Positions 37,213 through 50,000 of a DNA stretch of 64,000 bases are shown here, in pieces. A program made the translations under genes and the position numbers. The stretch is taken from positions 21,824,001-21,888,000 of the forward strand of contig CM114271.1 of the NCBI GenBank assembly GCA_050084515.1, given 5' to 3'. Origin of the DNA: Blasia pusilla. Its lineage: Eukaryota. The first letter of the stretch is position 1; every line of letters starts with the position of its first letter. The notes under the pieces are model-generated. The model did not search any database and was not told the DNA's origin. It was given only the letters and a program-made list of their open reading frames with translations.

Positions 37213-40200
37213 CTAAAGGGCTGCGGCTCCAGCTGGCAAGGGGATCTGTGCTTCTTGACTCAGCAACTGCGGGGCCACACGAAACATGACGATGACGGTA
37301 GCCGTGGTTTATGTCAGTAGAAGAGTGCGTAAACGAAGTTCTCCAAAAACATGTTTGTCACTCAGCGATGCTCTTGAGTGATGTCTCAATGCACAGGTGG
37401 TGTGACCTGGTCATTTTAACCCAGGTAGCCTACAAGTTATCTATTCATGGAACGTCTTACTCCTACTTCAACTCATGCTGACACTCCTATCCTATGAATA
37501 CGCAATCTCATTGTGTTCCGCGGCAATACCTCCATAGTTCTATTGAAACGAGCTTTAATGCCCGCTATAAATTCCTGGGTATTTGACAACGGCAGTTGCT
37601 GCACGCAAACAAGTAGGTCAGAGCGGAACCCAAAGCAGTCTCCTAGATATGAAGAATTCAATCGCGCTCGTAAGCTTTTGCGCCTTCTAATAGAAGAATA
37701 GAGATTGATCCGACATAATACTGGTGAACCGGTAACCTGACTTGGAAAAGAGCGGCGAGAGAATACCTGAAGGAGCGAAGGGTGGTCTTTGGTCCGAAAT
37801 CCCTCGACGGGGACGCTTGTCATATACTTGGTTGCCGCTGGCAAAGTGAATCCCAATGAGCTATAAGACTAGTGGCATATTGCAGATTGGCATTGCTGCG
37901 TTATATCAATGACAACTATTCATGGGGTTTGTCAGGACAGTCCTGCTTACTTTGTTGAGTGTTACTGATGTCCCGGATTCCTTGAAAATTTGTTGCTAGT
38001 AAGGGGTAGCTTTTTTTAGCAGTACTTGTATCTCGGATCGCTTGAGACAATGGAGTTTCCGAGGAGAGGCACTCGCGAACAGTAGTCATGTCTCGTGGCT
38101 TTAGAGAGTTTGGCAATTGCAAGTGTGCTACTCCACTGTTGATCGTGTCTGTGTCAAAAGAAAACCTATCAGTGTGAACATCGAACTTATCCGATTATTA
38201 CCGGCTTGCTACATCAATCATCCCCACCTCTGAATCTTGATGGTATCTCCAACTTACAGTCTGGAGATTGCGACCTTGGCCACGTCAATATCTGTTCGCT
38301 TTTTTTATGTGGTGGGGATTCCCTTACAGGGCTTGAGCTCGTAGATTTCCTCGCCTGCGACAACCAGAAAATTCGAAAGTTGTGGAGTTTGCAGTTTGCC
38401 ACTAATTCATCCATCTCTGGGTCGGCATTGTTTGATCCGTGTGATCTGAACGAGATTTTAAGGAACTGATCTTTTGCAATCAAGAACTGCGCTTGAAATT
38501 AATGAATCGCACGGATACCTGATACGGTACAACCTTTTCCAGACTGTGAACCCGTCTCTCAAGGCTATCGAGCTTTTCCTGCACTAAGATGGATCAAAGA
38601 AATAGAAGATGAAGATGGAAGAGTAGATGTAAGATGTTCAGGCCGTTGGGGACTCCCGACAATATTTCTAAAGCTGCACAATGTCAATTGCAAACCGCAT
38701 AATCGGAATGAAATGAAATGCGGTGCTTCAGACGTCATTCGGTGTTGTGGAAGAGCACATACCTGCAGCGTTTCCTTCGCTTTTGTCACACCGTCTTCTA
38801 ATAATGCGAAACGAGCCTCAAGTCCCTCTGCCATGTCCATCTGTAAGACGTATTCGGAGGAAAATATACGCTTAGGGTCATAGCTATCCGACAGTAAGCA
38901 TGCAGGGATCAGCCCTCTTGAAATGGGGCTCGACACATTTAGGTCATGAATGTACTCACAATTCTTCGATATAACTCGTGATGATCATGCTGTTCAACAT
39001 GAACATCTCTCGATGGTGTTTGAGATCGCGGTTCTGTTGAATCTGCGTAAGTTACATGTTTCCCAGTGCCCTTGACGATCATTTTGGCACAGGTCGGTGA
39101 TAACCTAAGTGGCACCTGGATGAGGAATCCACATCATTGAGCTAAGTCACGAACTTGGTGAGAAGGTACGAACCCCGGCGCGACACAAGAGTCGACGTTT
39201 GAGAAATAGATCGTTTAGGTTCCCAAGGAATCTCTTACGGCCTTTCAAAGTTTCGCGAGAGGGAATTCCAGATTGCTAAAGATATGGTGGATCTGTTTCA
39301 ACTGTCACATGAACTTTGTCCAATGCGTGGCCCAGGTGCATATTTAAGCTTCTGGAACAATCTGAATCTCATGAATCGCCATCATCCTTCTACTTTAGGG
39401 AACTAATTGCCGTTTAATCAGATGAGAATAAGAAAGGCGAAGAGTAAGCGCCCTGAACTACTCCACGACTGTATGGTGACTGAGTTGGCCTAGACAAAAA
39501 CAGAGCAAAACAACGGGCATTGTCCAGACCCAAGGTGAAATTGCATACGAATTCTTCGTGCTTGGCCCGTGTTAGTGAAGGCAGGATGTTTGCAGATTTC
39601 ATTTGTTGCTCACATTGCTCCCGTTGGATAAGTCACTTCGGCGAGGTTCAGCTTCGTTGTCCGCACGATGAGGCAAAGGAACGGTTGAGGGAGGAGCGTC
39701 CGATATCTCAGGTATATCCACAGCTGCCGCATCCTGAATACAGAAGAGAGAAGAGAGGTCATAAACTGGAGCTGATTTGAGCGTGTTTGTTCGTGTGCCC
39801 AACACGTGATCCAAATTTAAATGTTTCACGTGGTAGTTGGTACCTTAAAACTCTGCGCAGTTTGTTCCCAAGCCTTCGTTTTCTGGTTTCGCAACTGAGT
39901 AACAATCGGTTCCTGCACGGCATCGTAGCATCGTTATCAGTCTCACACCTTCGCCCGTCACGACGCTCTAAAATGACCTACAGCATCGCAGTCAAGCTCG
40001 CTCGTAGTACGCAACATTCCAATATTGCTTAGTGTTCTGATCTTAAGTTCCATCCCAGAGTGTAACCTCACATACTCGAGGGTGGTTCACATTCGAATGC
40101 CTTGAGGCAACAGCCGACATAGTGTCATAGTTGACTTGTGTAAGCTCCACCTAATTATCAATTTCACAGCAGGGAAAGTTAGTCTACAGCTATTCTTAAG

Positions 40201-42120
40201 TCATGCAGGGGATGAAGAGATCAGCTAATATGGTTGGTCTAGTAGGCGTTCCAGGCCAGGTGTACTCTGTTTTCGTAAGCGACCATTTCCCCATGCACCG
40301 AACGAAACAATCCACGTCGTGAAACTGAACTCAACCTTCCCCGACATTCTTTCAATGTCGGGGAAGGTTGTGTTCAGGCAGATGTGGAGGAAACTCTTCA
40401 ACTACTTGTTTAGGAGTATGTTTCCGGCTAAGACATAACTGATCACAGCAATTGAACCGAGGACAAACCTTTACAGCGCCTTTCCTCTCGCGCCCAAGCT
40501 TCAGGAGCTCATTGTGCTTTCTCTTGCTCATCTGTTTGAACCGGCCACATTACCGTCAACTCCTATGAAGACATGAGTTCCGCCTACAGGTAGGTTGTCT
40601 TGTTTAAAGCAACCAGCAGTTAATCGTGTGCCATTACGTTTCGAATTGGTAGCTCTGCGACTAGAGTCTATGACTTGGTGGACACAGCGCCACTGACTAC
40701 ACTGGGTCTCATTACCTCATACCGTTTACTAAATAAATACTTAGGGGAAGAAATTCTGTCCAAGACTATTTGCCGACAGGTAGACAACATCGTAAAATAT
40801 TGAACAACAACGTAAACACTCAACTTCATTAAAACTCTTCCTCTTACTATTTCTGTGAATTGTTTGGGTAGATGCAAAGATCTAGTAGAAGCAGCTCCAG
40901 GGGGCACATAAATTGCAATAATGGAGTATCACCAGGAGTAGTGACTCATGGGCCAAAGATTCCCAGAGATCATTTGATCTGAGGTCCAGTGATGCACCTG
41001 TATAACATCGTGGATGAAGATCAATTTCCTCTCTGCGTATCCTCGTGAGAATATCTGCCCACTCTCCAAATAGCCACTAATGAACATTCTCACGAAAATT
41101 TGAAGTTCCAAATAAGGCTTCTACAGCTTATATTTAGGACAAGATTTCAATATACAGACGTTCTCGAGCAAAAGTTGATATTGAAGTGGTACTTGTCCCT
41201 CCCCACCACCCGGAAAACCCCGCTCTCACAGGGACTCTGTTTGCGGGGTTACGTAATGTTTCATGTACGGCATTACAAAGCATAAGATCAAATTATCCAG
41301 CAGAGAAAACTTAGTCTCGTATTTCATGAGCGACGCGAAACATAACAAGTACCTGAGCTATGGTCAAGGGACAGCGGTAATTGAATTCTTGTCGGAGAAA
41401 CCTCAGCATGCTCTCCACAAAGCGCTGAGCGGGTGCAACACGGGAAAGTCCGTGTAGATATCAGAGAGAGAGTCAATAATAGTATTCATCAATTACTTCA
41501 AAATTTTCAATGACTTTTAATAGAAATGTTACAAAGGAAGTACATCTGGATTCAATTCTAGCCAGTTGATTTGGTTAGCGCACCAAATCGCTCTTGGCAT
41601 ACAGCTCGTAGCCGTTTGCGGATAAGAAGCGGGCTAGGTGCCGAGAGTAACCCAGCAACGCATAGTGCAACAGCGGTAACAATACTGCTGGAACCCCCTG
41701 TTTCAGGCTGAACGCAGAGACGCACGACAGTAAGCTGAATATCATCAAATCCGTTACTCATTTCCGTCTAAACGCTCGAGTTGTATACCCTGATACGACA
41801 GCTTCTGAAATCACTTTAAATTTGACAATCAACTATATTCGAGAACCGCCTCTGCTTTACGCTGCACATGATTTCGACTGTCAGCTTGTACATTCCACTA
41901 AGGACTGGATGAGGTTGAGTATTAAAATGCGATTAAACTCTGTGAAAAAAAATTCATGAGATCAGATTCGCCTGAAGGTAGATTTGAAGGAAAGTTTGAA
42001 TCTGAATATCACAGGGAAGCGAAGCAAGTACCCTTGGATATCGAAGGGATGGGGATATTGAATAGAGAGAAGTTGCATACGCACGCGCTCCAAGTTACCG
42101 CGAATATCGCCGGTGGCCAT
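37213..42120 (-). CDS. CEP44: Centrosomal protein CEP44 homolog, multi-exon
   Basis: Exons 42032-42120, 41584-41707, 41353-41424, 40998-41054 and 40469-40531 splice in frame to MATGDIRGNLERVRMQLLSIQYPHPFDIQGLKQGVPAVLLPLLHYALLGYSRHLARFLSANGYELYAKSDLRFVESMLRFLRQEFNYRCPLTIAQIFSRGYAERKLIFIHDVIQMSKRKHNEL, matching the CEP44 N-terminal domain. Coiled-coil exons lie at ~38520-38840 and the C-terminus is TQEFIAGIKARFNRTME|LLSQE..* (37213-37266). Middle exons are only partly resolved. Confidence 0.9.
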
Positions 42121-42428
42121 GGACGCGAGGCGATCGAGGTTCTGCTTCCAGAGAGAGATAGACAATGAGCACGGATCGAGGTTTACGGGAGGATTGAGGC
42201 TTCCGCGCTTCATGCAAACGATGCAGGGCAGCAGCGGCAAGAAAGGCCGTAGGCGGGAGCCGCGGGAAGCGTTTCGCTGTGCATAAACGACGGAGAGCGC
42301 AGAAGGTGCGTGGGACGTCATCTGCTAACCCCGTTCATTCCAGAGTCGGCCCCTCTGTCCACTCTGGTGCTACATCGGCCCCACGCCTTCAATTATCCGG
42401 CTATGCCGCACGAGTTTATACGTAACTA

Positions 42429-44900
42429 CTAGCATAATGCCCGTGATTTTCCTCACGGTGAAAATAAGGGTAACGGAGGACGGAAATACACGTGTCAATA
42501 CGAGAGGGTTCCCGTATTGACACGTGTATTTCTTTTAATTATATTAGTATCTATATCTCTTTTAATTATATTAGTAAGGTGGTAAAAAAAAAAAAAGTGT
42601 TTCAAGAACAAATGTATAATTAAAAAAAATTTTAATGATGTCATATATAAATTCAAATTTTTTATTGATGTTTGTAGAATGTGAAATATTTTTTTTGTCC
42701 CATTGTTATGTGTCAAGAAGCTAGATGTTTTCAAATCAAGAAGACACTCTCCTGAGATAATATAGATGTAGATATTTCTTTTCAATTATTTTATAAATCA
42801 CATACATCATCCGAGAGTCTAGATCAACATTTCCGGCTGCCTCCTAAGAGCATCACGTTTCGGACCCGGAATGCTCCACCTTGCCGACTTGGTAGGGTTA
42901 GGTCCATCATCATTTCATTTTTAGTTTCTCTAATTTTTCATTTCTCTAATTAATTTTTTATAGGGTTTAGGATATATACATTTTAATTAGATATTTTATT
43001 TCAACCAAAGGATATTTTAATCGTTATCTTTTAGATATAATCTCTTTCCTTATTTGAACCCTTCATTATTTCCAATCGTAATGTGGATGCTATTTTTCCT
43101 GCTCTAGATAAGGTTATGTACAATTGATCATCAGAGAATAAACAAGCATGTGATTAAATTTCAGTTTTTTTTAGAATTTTACCTTGCGATTTATTAATAG
43201 TCATAGCAAAAATTGGACAAATAACAAGTTGAAATCTACATAAATCAAATGACAGTTAGATGCGATGAAAAGGATATGTGAAATAAAAATCCAATCTCCA
43301 ATATTTTTCCTTGTGATAATTTCAACATCTATGCAATGTTGCTTAAATCCACAAATCACCGATCTAGTCTCATTTGCTTGTCATAAGAGCATGATTGGCA
43401 CACCAATCTTCAAATACAACCTATATGAAGGTAATCTAGGAGACTAGCATGTGTTTTGAAATTCAATGGGATATATACAATTCATCCCCTCATTTGAAAT
43501 ACTAGAGTGTTGTACGTACTATGCACAAGTGAACTTCAATCTTTTAAAACATTCTAGTTTAGCGCCTCTAGTCCTTCTTTCCCTTCCTCATTTAATTTAA
43601 TTGTCTCCTCTTAACTTCACCCCCTCTTTTAAAATGACATGTCTCAACACCAGAAAAACCCTTAGAGGACACTTGTCAACACTAGAGAAGGGTTTTCTCT
43701 AACCTCATCCTCTTTTAATTATATAGATAATTACCACTAAGATAAATATGTTCTTGCATATAAATGTATTGTGAATTAGTGATAAGAAGTAATGTATAAT
43801 TAGTATCCCAAACCGCAAGAGAAAATATCCTAAAGAAAACATGTAGTGCACAGATTACCTGCCTAAGAAATTGAGACATAATATTTACATTTATATTGTC
43901 AACATCTTTATTTCTCGGTATCAAAATGGTAATATCTCTTAAGAAGTCAATGTCATGAAATTGGATAAGAGAATTATTATAAATAAGATGAATAAGATCA
44001 CATATCTTATTAATTTTGGAAAAAAATTCAAATGGAAATAGTATAAAGTCTTTATCCAAATGAGGGTACAAAGATACAAGACCATCTTCCACCTCTATTA
44101 ACCAATCAGCAAAAGGTTATTGTTGAGCATGCATATGATCCTTCCACCTTTGAACTTGCATGTTTGTTGTTAACTTTATCACATTTACATGAGACTATAG
44201 AGATAACCTCTTTAGAGTGGCTTGAATGATTTTTGGACAGTCCCCATGACAAACAACACTTGATATTTAATAAAATTCACCACCAAATATCAGGAGTTTT
44301 CCACCAAATGGTAATTGTCATAAATCAAGAGAGACCACGTCCATAATATCTTGTTAAGTGCGATTCACTCCCTCAAATGCTTGACAATAAGTCAAAAGAG
44401 CTTCATCCCATAGAATGAGCTTTGCAGCACGGATTAAACGTACTCCAACACTATTGACCCTTAAATTGAAAATAGAAGTAAATGGGAAATACATAGAGGT
44501 ATGAAAATGGTATGTATTCAAAGAATTGGATATTAAATGTAAAAAATGCTTACTTGCAAGTAGATTTCTTATGTAGATGGATAGAAGTCTTGAAGCGGGA
44601 ATATGTCGTACGTTATCTCTCCACTAATAAATCAACTATTTTTTATCAAGCTATAGGCAAAGCTATACCTCTTGCACACTTGCAAGCAAAAGGTTGTATA
44701 AAAAGATCTTTCCTATTCCACCTGGACCATCAATGAAAAATATTTCCGGAGATGGCAGAGCATCTTGGAAATTTTGATCGAGGTCATTATGTATGGCATC
44801 CCAAACAACATGTTGTCCTTAATTCAAACTCAATTCTTCCAATTATGGTCAATCATGTAAGTTGTGTGCATCACATGGTAGCTCATGAGTGGGTACCCCT
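42429..44900 (-). mobile_element. Helitron remnant: decayed PIF1 helicase plus intact 3' terminus
   Basis: Walker A FFIDGPGGIGKIFLYNLLLA (~44680-44740), RTTYSRFK, KLILWDEA, PFGGKLLIFGGEF, ILIPRNKDVDNIN, FAMTINKSQG and DQLYITLSR. The 3' hairpin ccgtga-ggaaaa-tcacgg is followed by CTAG|T at 42429-42432. Confidence 0.9.
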
Positions 44901-45049
44901 TCAGGAGTATTATATGGCACCATATAGTGCCTTGGCTTTACATTGGGCCACTTGCGCTTATAGAGCTTAACAAACCTTGCCATATACAAGGAGTGTCCCA
45001 TTGTGAGAAGACCTTTTCTTTTTTCATACATTTGGTAACTTTAAATAGT

Positions 45050-46200
45050 ATCATGTAGAGAGTTAGTAGAGAGAGAGTACATTAGTGCTTCACATGAGTA
45101 ATGACCTATCATCGGAAGGTGACATGTGTACACAAGTCACCCATGGAAGTGCCCAAGGGGCACTCATTGAAGCTCATTTTGTGACTTATCGTTCTATTAC
45201 GATATCCAGAGACACATTAGAGTGGAGATCTCATGTGATGCATGGATTCACTTATGTTTAGGATGGTCTAGAATTGTATACAAAGACAAGATTGTTACAT
45301 ATTTATGTGCATCTTTTTCACATCTAAATCATGTATGAGTGTTGGAGTGTCCCAAATTGCTAAGTCGTTGTCGCCTACGCTAGTGGGGACTTGGGAAGCA
45401 AGTCATGACTGTGGATCAAAGAAGGAGAGAACTTGGTGTGATCCACGCTAGTTGAAACCCAAACTAACTAGTTCGAGACTATTAAGGCCGGCCGAACGAG
45501 TTGTGGGAATAACGCTAGTCTAGAAGGGTACAATACCCTAAAATATTTTCTTGCTATCCCGTTACCATGTGTTAAGCATAGAGGTGTTTGCAAAACAAGA
45601 AGTTATCCTCCCTTGAAGTTGACATATGCATGTGATGTATCGCGCATATACATATTAACATCATGTGCACACATATAGTAGCAATTGAAACACAACATAA
45701 TAAATGATAGATTGGGAAATCACACTCCAAATCATACACAAGACCAACACATCTAAACCCTAACCTATGATTGGAAGGTTCAATCATAGACAAATGAACC
45801 TCTCCAAACTCTCCATATAGTAGCAATTGAAACACAACATAATAAATGATAGATTGGGAAATCACACTCCAAATCGTACACAAGACCAACACATCTAAAC
45901 CCTATCCTATGATTGGAAGGTTCAATCATAGACAAATGAACCTCTCCAAACTCTCCATATAAAATCACCACTTGTCCAACTTCTAGGGTGACCTATGCAC
46001 ATAGATCTCCCAAACAAGTAACCAAAACCCAACAATTCTTCCCATTGTCTCTCATGAACTTCCCCATAACCTCCTCACCAGATCCAAGAGACTATATTTA
46101 CACTTGGTGTCATTAATAAGACACCAACATGCCACCATCACCAACTAGCCTCTCTACACACATGGAGCTCCTTTGTCGACTTTACTATCTCATCCAACTA
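45050..46200. mobile_element. Cluster of LTR-like fragments in both orientations
   Basis: cacccatggaagtgcccaagggg..aagctcatt (~45140, +) and gggtgacctatgcacatagatctccc (~45986) resemble the LTR family at 950-1589 and 30195-30890. Confidence 0.5.
45672..45960 (+). repeat. Near-perfect 142-bp tandem duplication
   Basis: catatagtagcaattgaaac.. starts at 45672 and 45814, with 2 visible mismatches. Confidence 0.9.
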
Positions 46201-47013
46201 GACTACTAGTGATATGATTAGTGACTTTGCTAATACATTTACCTCCCATTTTAAATTTTTGAAACCCTAAACCCCACCTTCCTTCAATGACAAGAAAGAC
46301 AATAACATGTTGGTATATTGTCCATTAATGACATGCAACCTGACAAGTACAGAAAAGTCCTCTTTACACATCGAAGTTCACCTCTCATTGTCTCCCTCAC
46401 GTATACATTTTGATATTGTCAACGCATTGATTTGGTTGAAGTTTCATCAAGTGATCCTGATCTTTCTTCAACAACATCAGCTATGAAGATGGCATTTTTA
46501 AAGAAGGGACAAGAAGATGCATTCCACTCACAACAGTAGAGGGAAAAAGTCCCCTTGCAAAAAGTGAATCCCATCATTCCAATTTATATATATCCTCTTG
46601 GAGCATTTCAAATGGGAATATGCCAAAAAATGCTTCCAAGAGTGCTTCCAATTTTAAATGCTCTTCTCATGATCACCTAAGAATTATATCACTATCAGAA
46701 ATTTTAGGGCTTCAACAGGTGGGAGTGGATGTCAAAGAAACCTATGTGACATGACTAACAAAACTGAAGCTCATGCAGTAGAGCTGATTCTTCTAACTCC
46801 TACCGAAGTCTCATGCCCTTCCCTGCACCTTACCAAAGAGGTACTGATTTTTCTACTGATGTGCTGTTCTGCTGGAAGCCCGAATCTTTGGTGGCTTTTT
46901 GGGAGACGCTTGACCAGGTTGTCTCCAACATGTGAGGACTGTTGCAGAAAAATAAAACAGCCCTGCAACACTAAATCTTGAAATTCTGTACAAGATCCAG
47001 TCTCAAGTTTTGG

Positions 47014-50000
47014 CTACCAGGGTTGATGATCATCTGCGGGCGTGGCTGGATTTAGAGGCTTCCAGTTTGGCTTTGTATCCCAATAGATGTCATACCAAAT
47101 GTGGCCAGGAATCTTGTCCATTACACAACACCAAATGCTAGTGTACATCTTCACTCTTTTCATAAACTTTGCTCCACTCGCCTGCATGCATAGCAAAATT
47201 ACAATTCATGATCTACCATCATGGAATCTGCAACTCAATAATTTGACTCCAGTTACCAGCTGGAAGATAACAACCCTGAAACTCTTGAGATGTTGAAAAT
47301 TCATACCTCGTCAGAGAATCCACCGAAAGCTCCCACAACAGTGGAAAACTCAATCACCTCAGTTTCTCTATATGATAACAGCGCTTGCTTGATCTGCAGG
47401 AAATAGTCTCATTGAAGTTTAGACATCCGGACACAAACACATGGATCAGACCCAATCAGCTACTTGCAGAACTAAGAAACTCGATAATTGAACCTTGATG
47501 CTTGGACAGTTCAGCAAAATCAATGATCTGAGACACCAGAAAGCAGCTTAAAAATTTTTTAATTAGAGAACCTTACCTGCTCTTCGGTGCTATTCTGGGC
47601 TAGTCGCAAAATATTAGATCCAGATACTTCAGTCTGTTCTCTACCACATCCAGCTGAACCCTCCTCACAAAGTTCCACTTTCAGCGTTGATGCCTTCACC
47701 TGTTAATAGATGATGGCAAGACAAGAGTTCAGAACTGTCCAACTATTCCTTGCCTCCCCCCTGTAGAGACTGAGTAGCCAGACTTTTCTCTACTGACTGT
47801 GGACTCCTGTGCGCATCAAAAATCCTTTGCTAGGAATTCTTTCTGTATCTGGCTAATACAGGGAAGCTCTGCATAAACAACCTGTCTGACACCTGTTCAC
47901 GCTATAAGATTAAGTCTTCACTTCCTGATGTAGTACTAATTCCTTCACTTGCACCCTCCAACCATGGCTTGGGCTCTATGGTTGCACGGCCATTTAGCAG
48001 GCACCACTATTTTACCCATACCTCTAAAGTTTCTGCACAGATGAGTCTATGACTACAAGGATGTGCATTACAGGCAGTAGTTTGTGGGTGCAAGCTGTGC
48101 AGAGACCCTTCTTCCTCTGTAGAGATTGACTCCTAGAAAATTATAGGCATCTTAGGTTTTGAAGCCCCAGAGAATCAAGGATTTTCACCCAGCAACGTTC
48201 CTGTGTTCTCTTGCATCTCTCCCAAATTTTCTTATTCAGCATCTTGGTCAATGCCTCCAAAATTGGGTAAGATTCAGCACTTACTGGCATGAGGAAGAAC
48301 AAAGCAAGACACTGGTGACAGGAGAAGGCTTTTATATTGAAAAAAATAATTGTTTAGTGTGGTTTCTCGTAAAAAAGCAATGTAACTCTTATGATGGATC
48401 ACCAGTTACAAACCTTGCTGGGCAGCCGAGGATTTTCAAGGAAGGAATATTCTCGAAATCTGATGGTTGGACCGAATTCCACCACATCCCAATCTTTTAA
48501 CATTACAGAAACCTGCAATGCAAAAGCATTTCAACACCAATCACCTTCACACCCTAAGCAAGAAGTTTATTTGAAATATTTACACGAGTTGAAGAAATGA
48601 TTGTAATGAGACACTGGACAAGGGGCATAATCAGAAAGATTTACCTCAAAAATATGGTCCATGGGACACAAAAAAGGCTGGGGAGTTTTGGTTCCAACTA
48701 GGACACCAGGATGGCCAAACCACAGACGATCCAATCTGCACCACATTTTTGGCATAACCTGTAGTGTGACACTATTATCAGTGATAGCAGTAAGGCAAGA
48801 GGTTCAGCAACATATCAAATTTACAATTGATAGCTTCAGTATTATATACTGTAGAAAAAGAAAGTCCAAAAAAAAAATCTAAGAAATCTTGGAATAAATA
48901 AATAGATAATAGACTAAAGGACATGCAGTATACCAATGTCCGATTCAATGTGGAAGCGATTGCAAGAGCATTTCTGACTTGTACAAGCTGCACATGATTG
49001 TATCTCACATTCAGAACAGTTGGTTCATGGTGGAAAAATGCTTGTTCTATTATACTAGCCTTATAAACTAGAAAAAAGTTTTAACTCCAGGTAAAATTGA
49101 GATCCATGAAAAGCGCAGTGAACAATCTACGATCCAACTAATTCAGATGTAATAGTGACTGCACGAAGAGAAAATAAACAGTTTTTAATGCTTACGTACT
49201 TGATGATTAACAAGAGCAAAATGAGTTTCAACAGAGTGCACGCCTCCTCTCATGAGATTATCAGGAAGTGAGGGTGTGTAGGACAAAAATCCTCCTGCAA
49301 GAAATATAGCTTTCAGATTGCAACTCACACTAATCTCACGTAAAATCCCACATATAGAACCTCCAAAACAGGACATTGTGAACAAAAAGCGTTCCAGTTC
49401 CCTGCCAAGACGGATTAATGAGTTGATCAACATAGAGTTGTTCATTAAAGAGACCAAACTAAACCATAATGCTATGTAGACCATCTTGTAACTGTCTCCA
49501 TTCAAAAACGTGGAATTCCCCTTAGTAATGGAGAATTTGAGAGAGAAATCGTAACTCACCTGGAATATTGTAGTAATCCTCTGGATCTAAGAACAGCTTC
49601 GCTTCTCTTAGTCTATGTCGCTTCCCTTCCGTTCCTGCATACTGGAAGGTTGTGTGCACAGCATAGGGCTCCAGATGCAGCGTCTTGTACAACCCCTGTT
49701 CCCATATTGTATCCAACATTTAAGACCAAGTTCTGATGTTTGATTACCACGTATGACATAACAGGACCTTCAAAGAAACTTTATAACTCAATGTTGATAT
49801 TCCAGTATGAACTCTCTTTGCACAATGTACATACACTATGGTAATCAGAATACAACAGTTATTCTTCGGACACATGTTGAACATCCGGGACAATTAGATT
49901 TGCAGGACAACGATGTCTTCTTTTGCTGCCACTTTAACCGGCATGCATTAGCACACATGTATTTTAACTTTCAAGTCCCATCGCCTTCTTGGGTCCTTGT

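Noticed and set aside
46200-46700. Possible gag fragment (FLKP*TPPSFNDKED)
   Set aside because: Too short and decayed to support.
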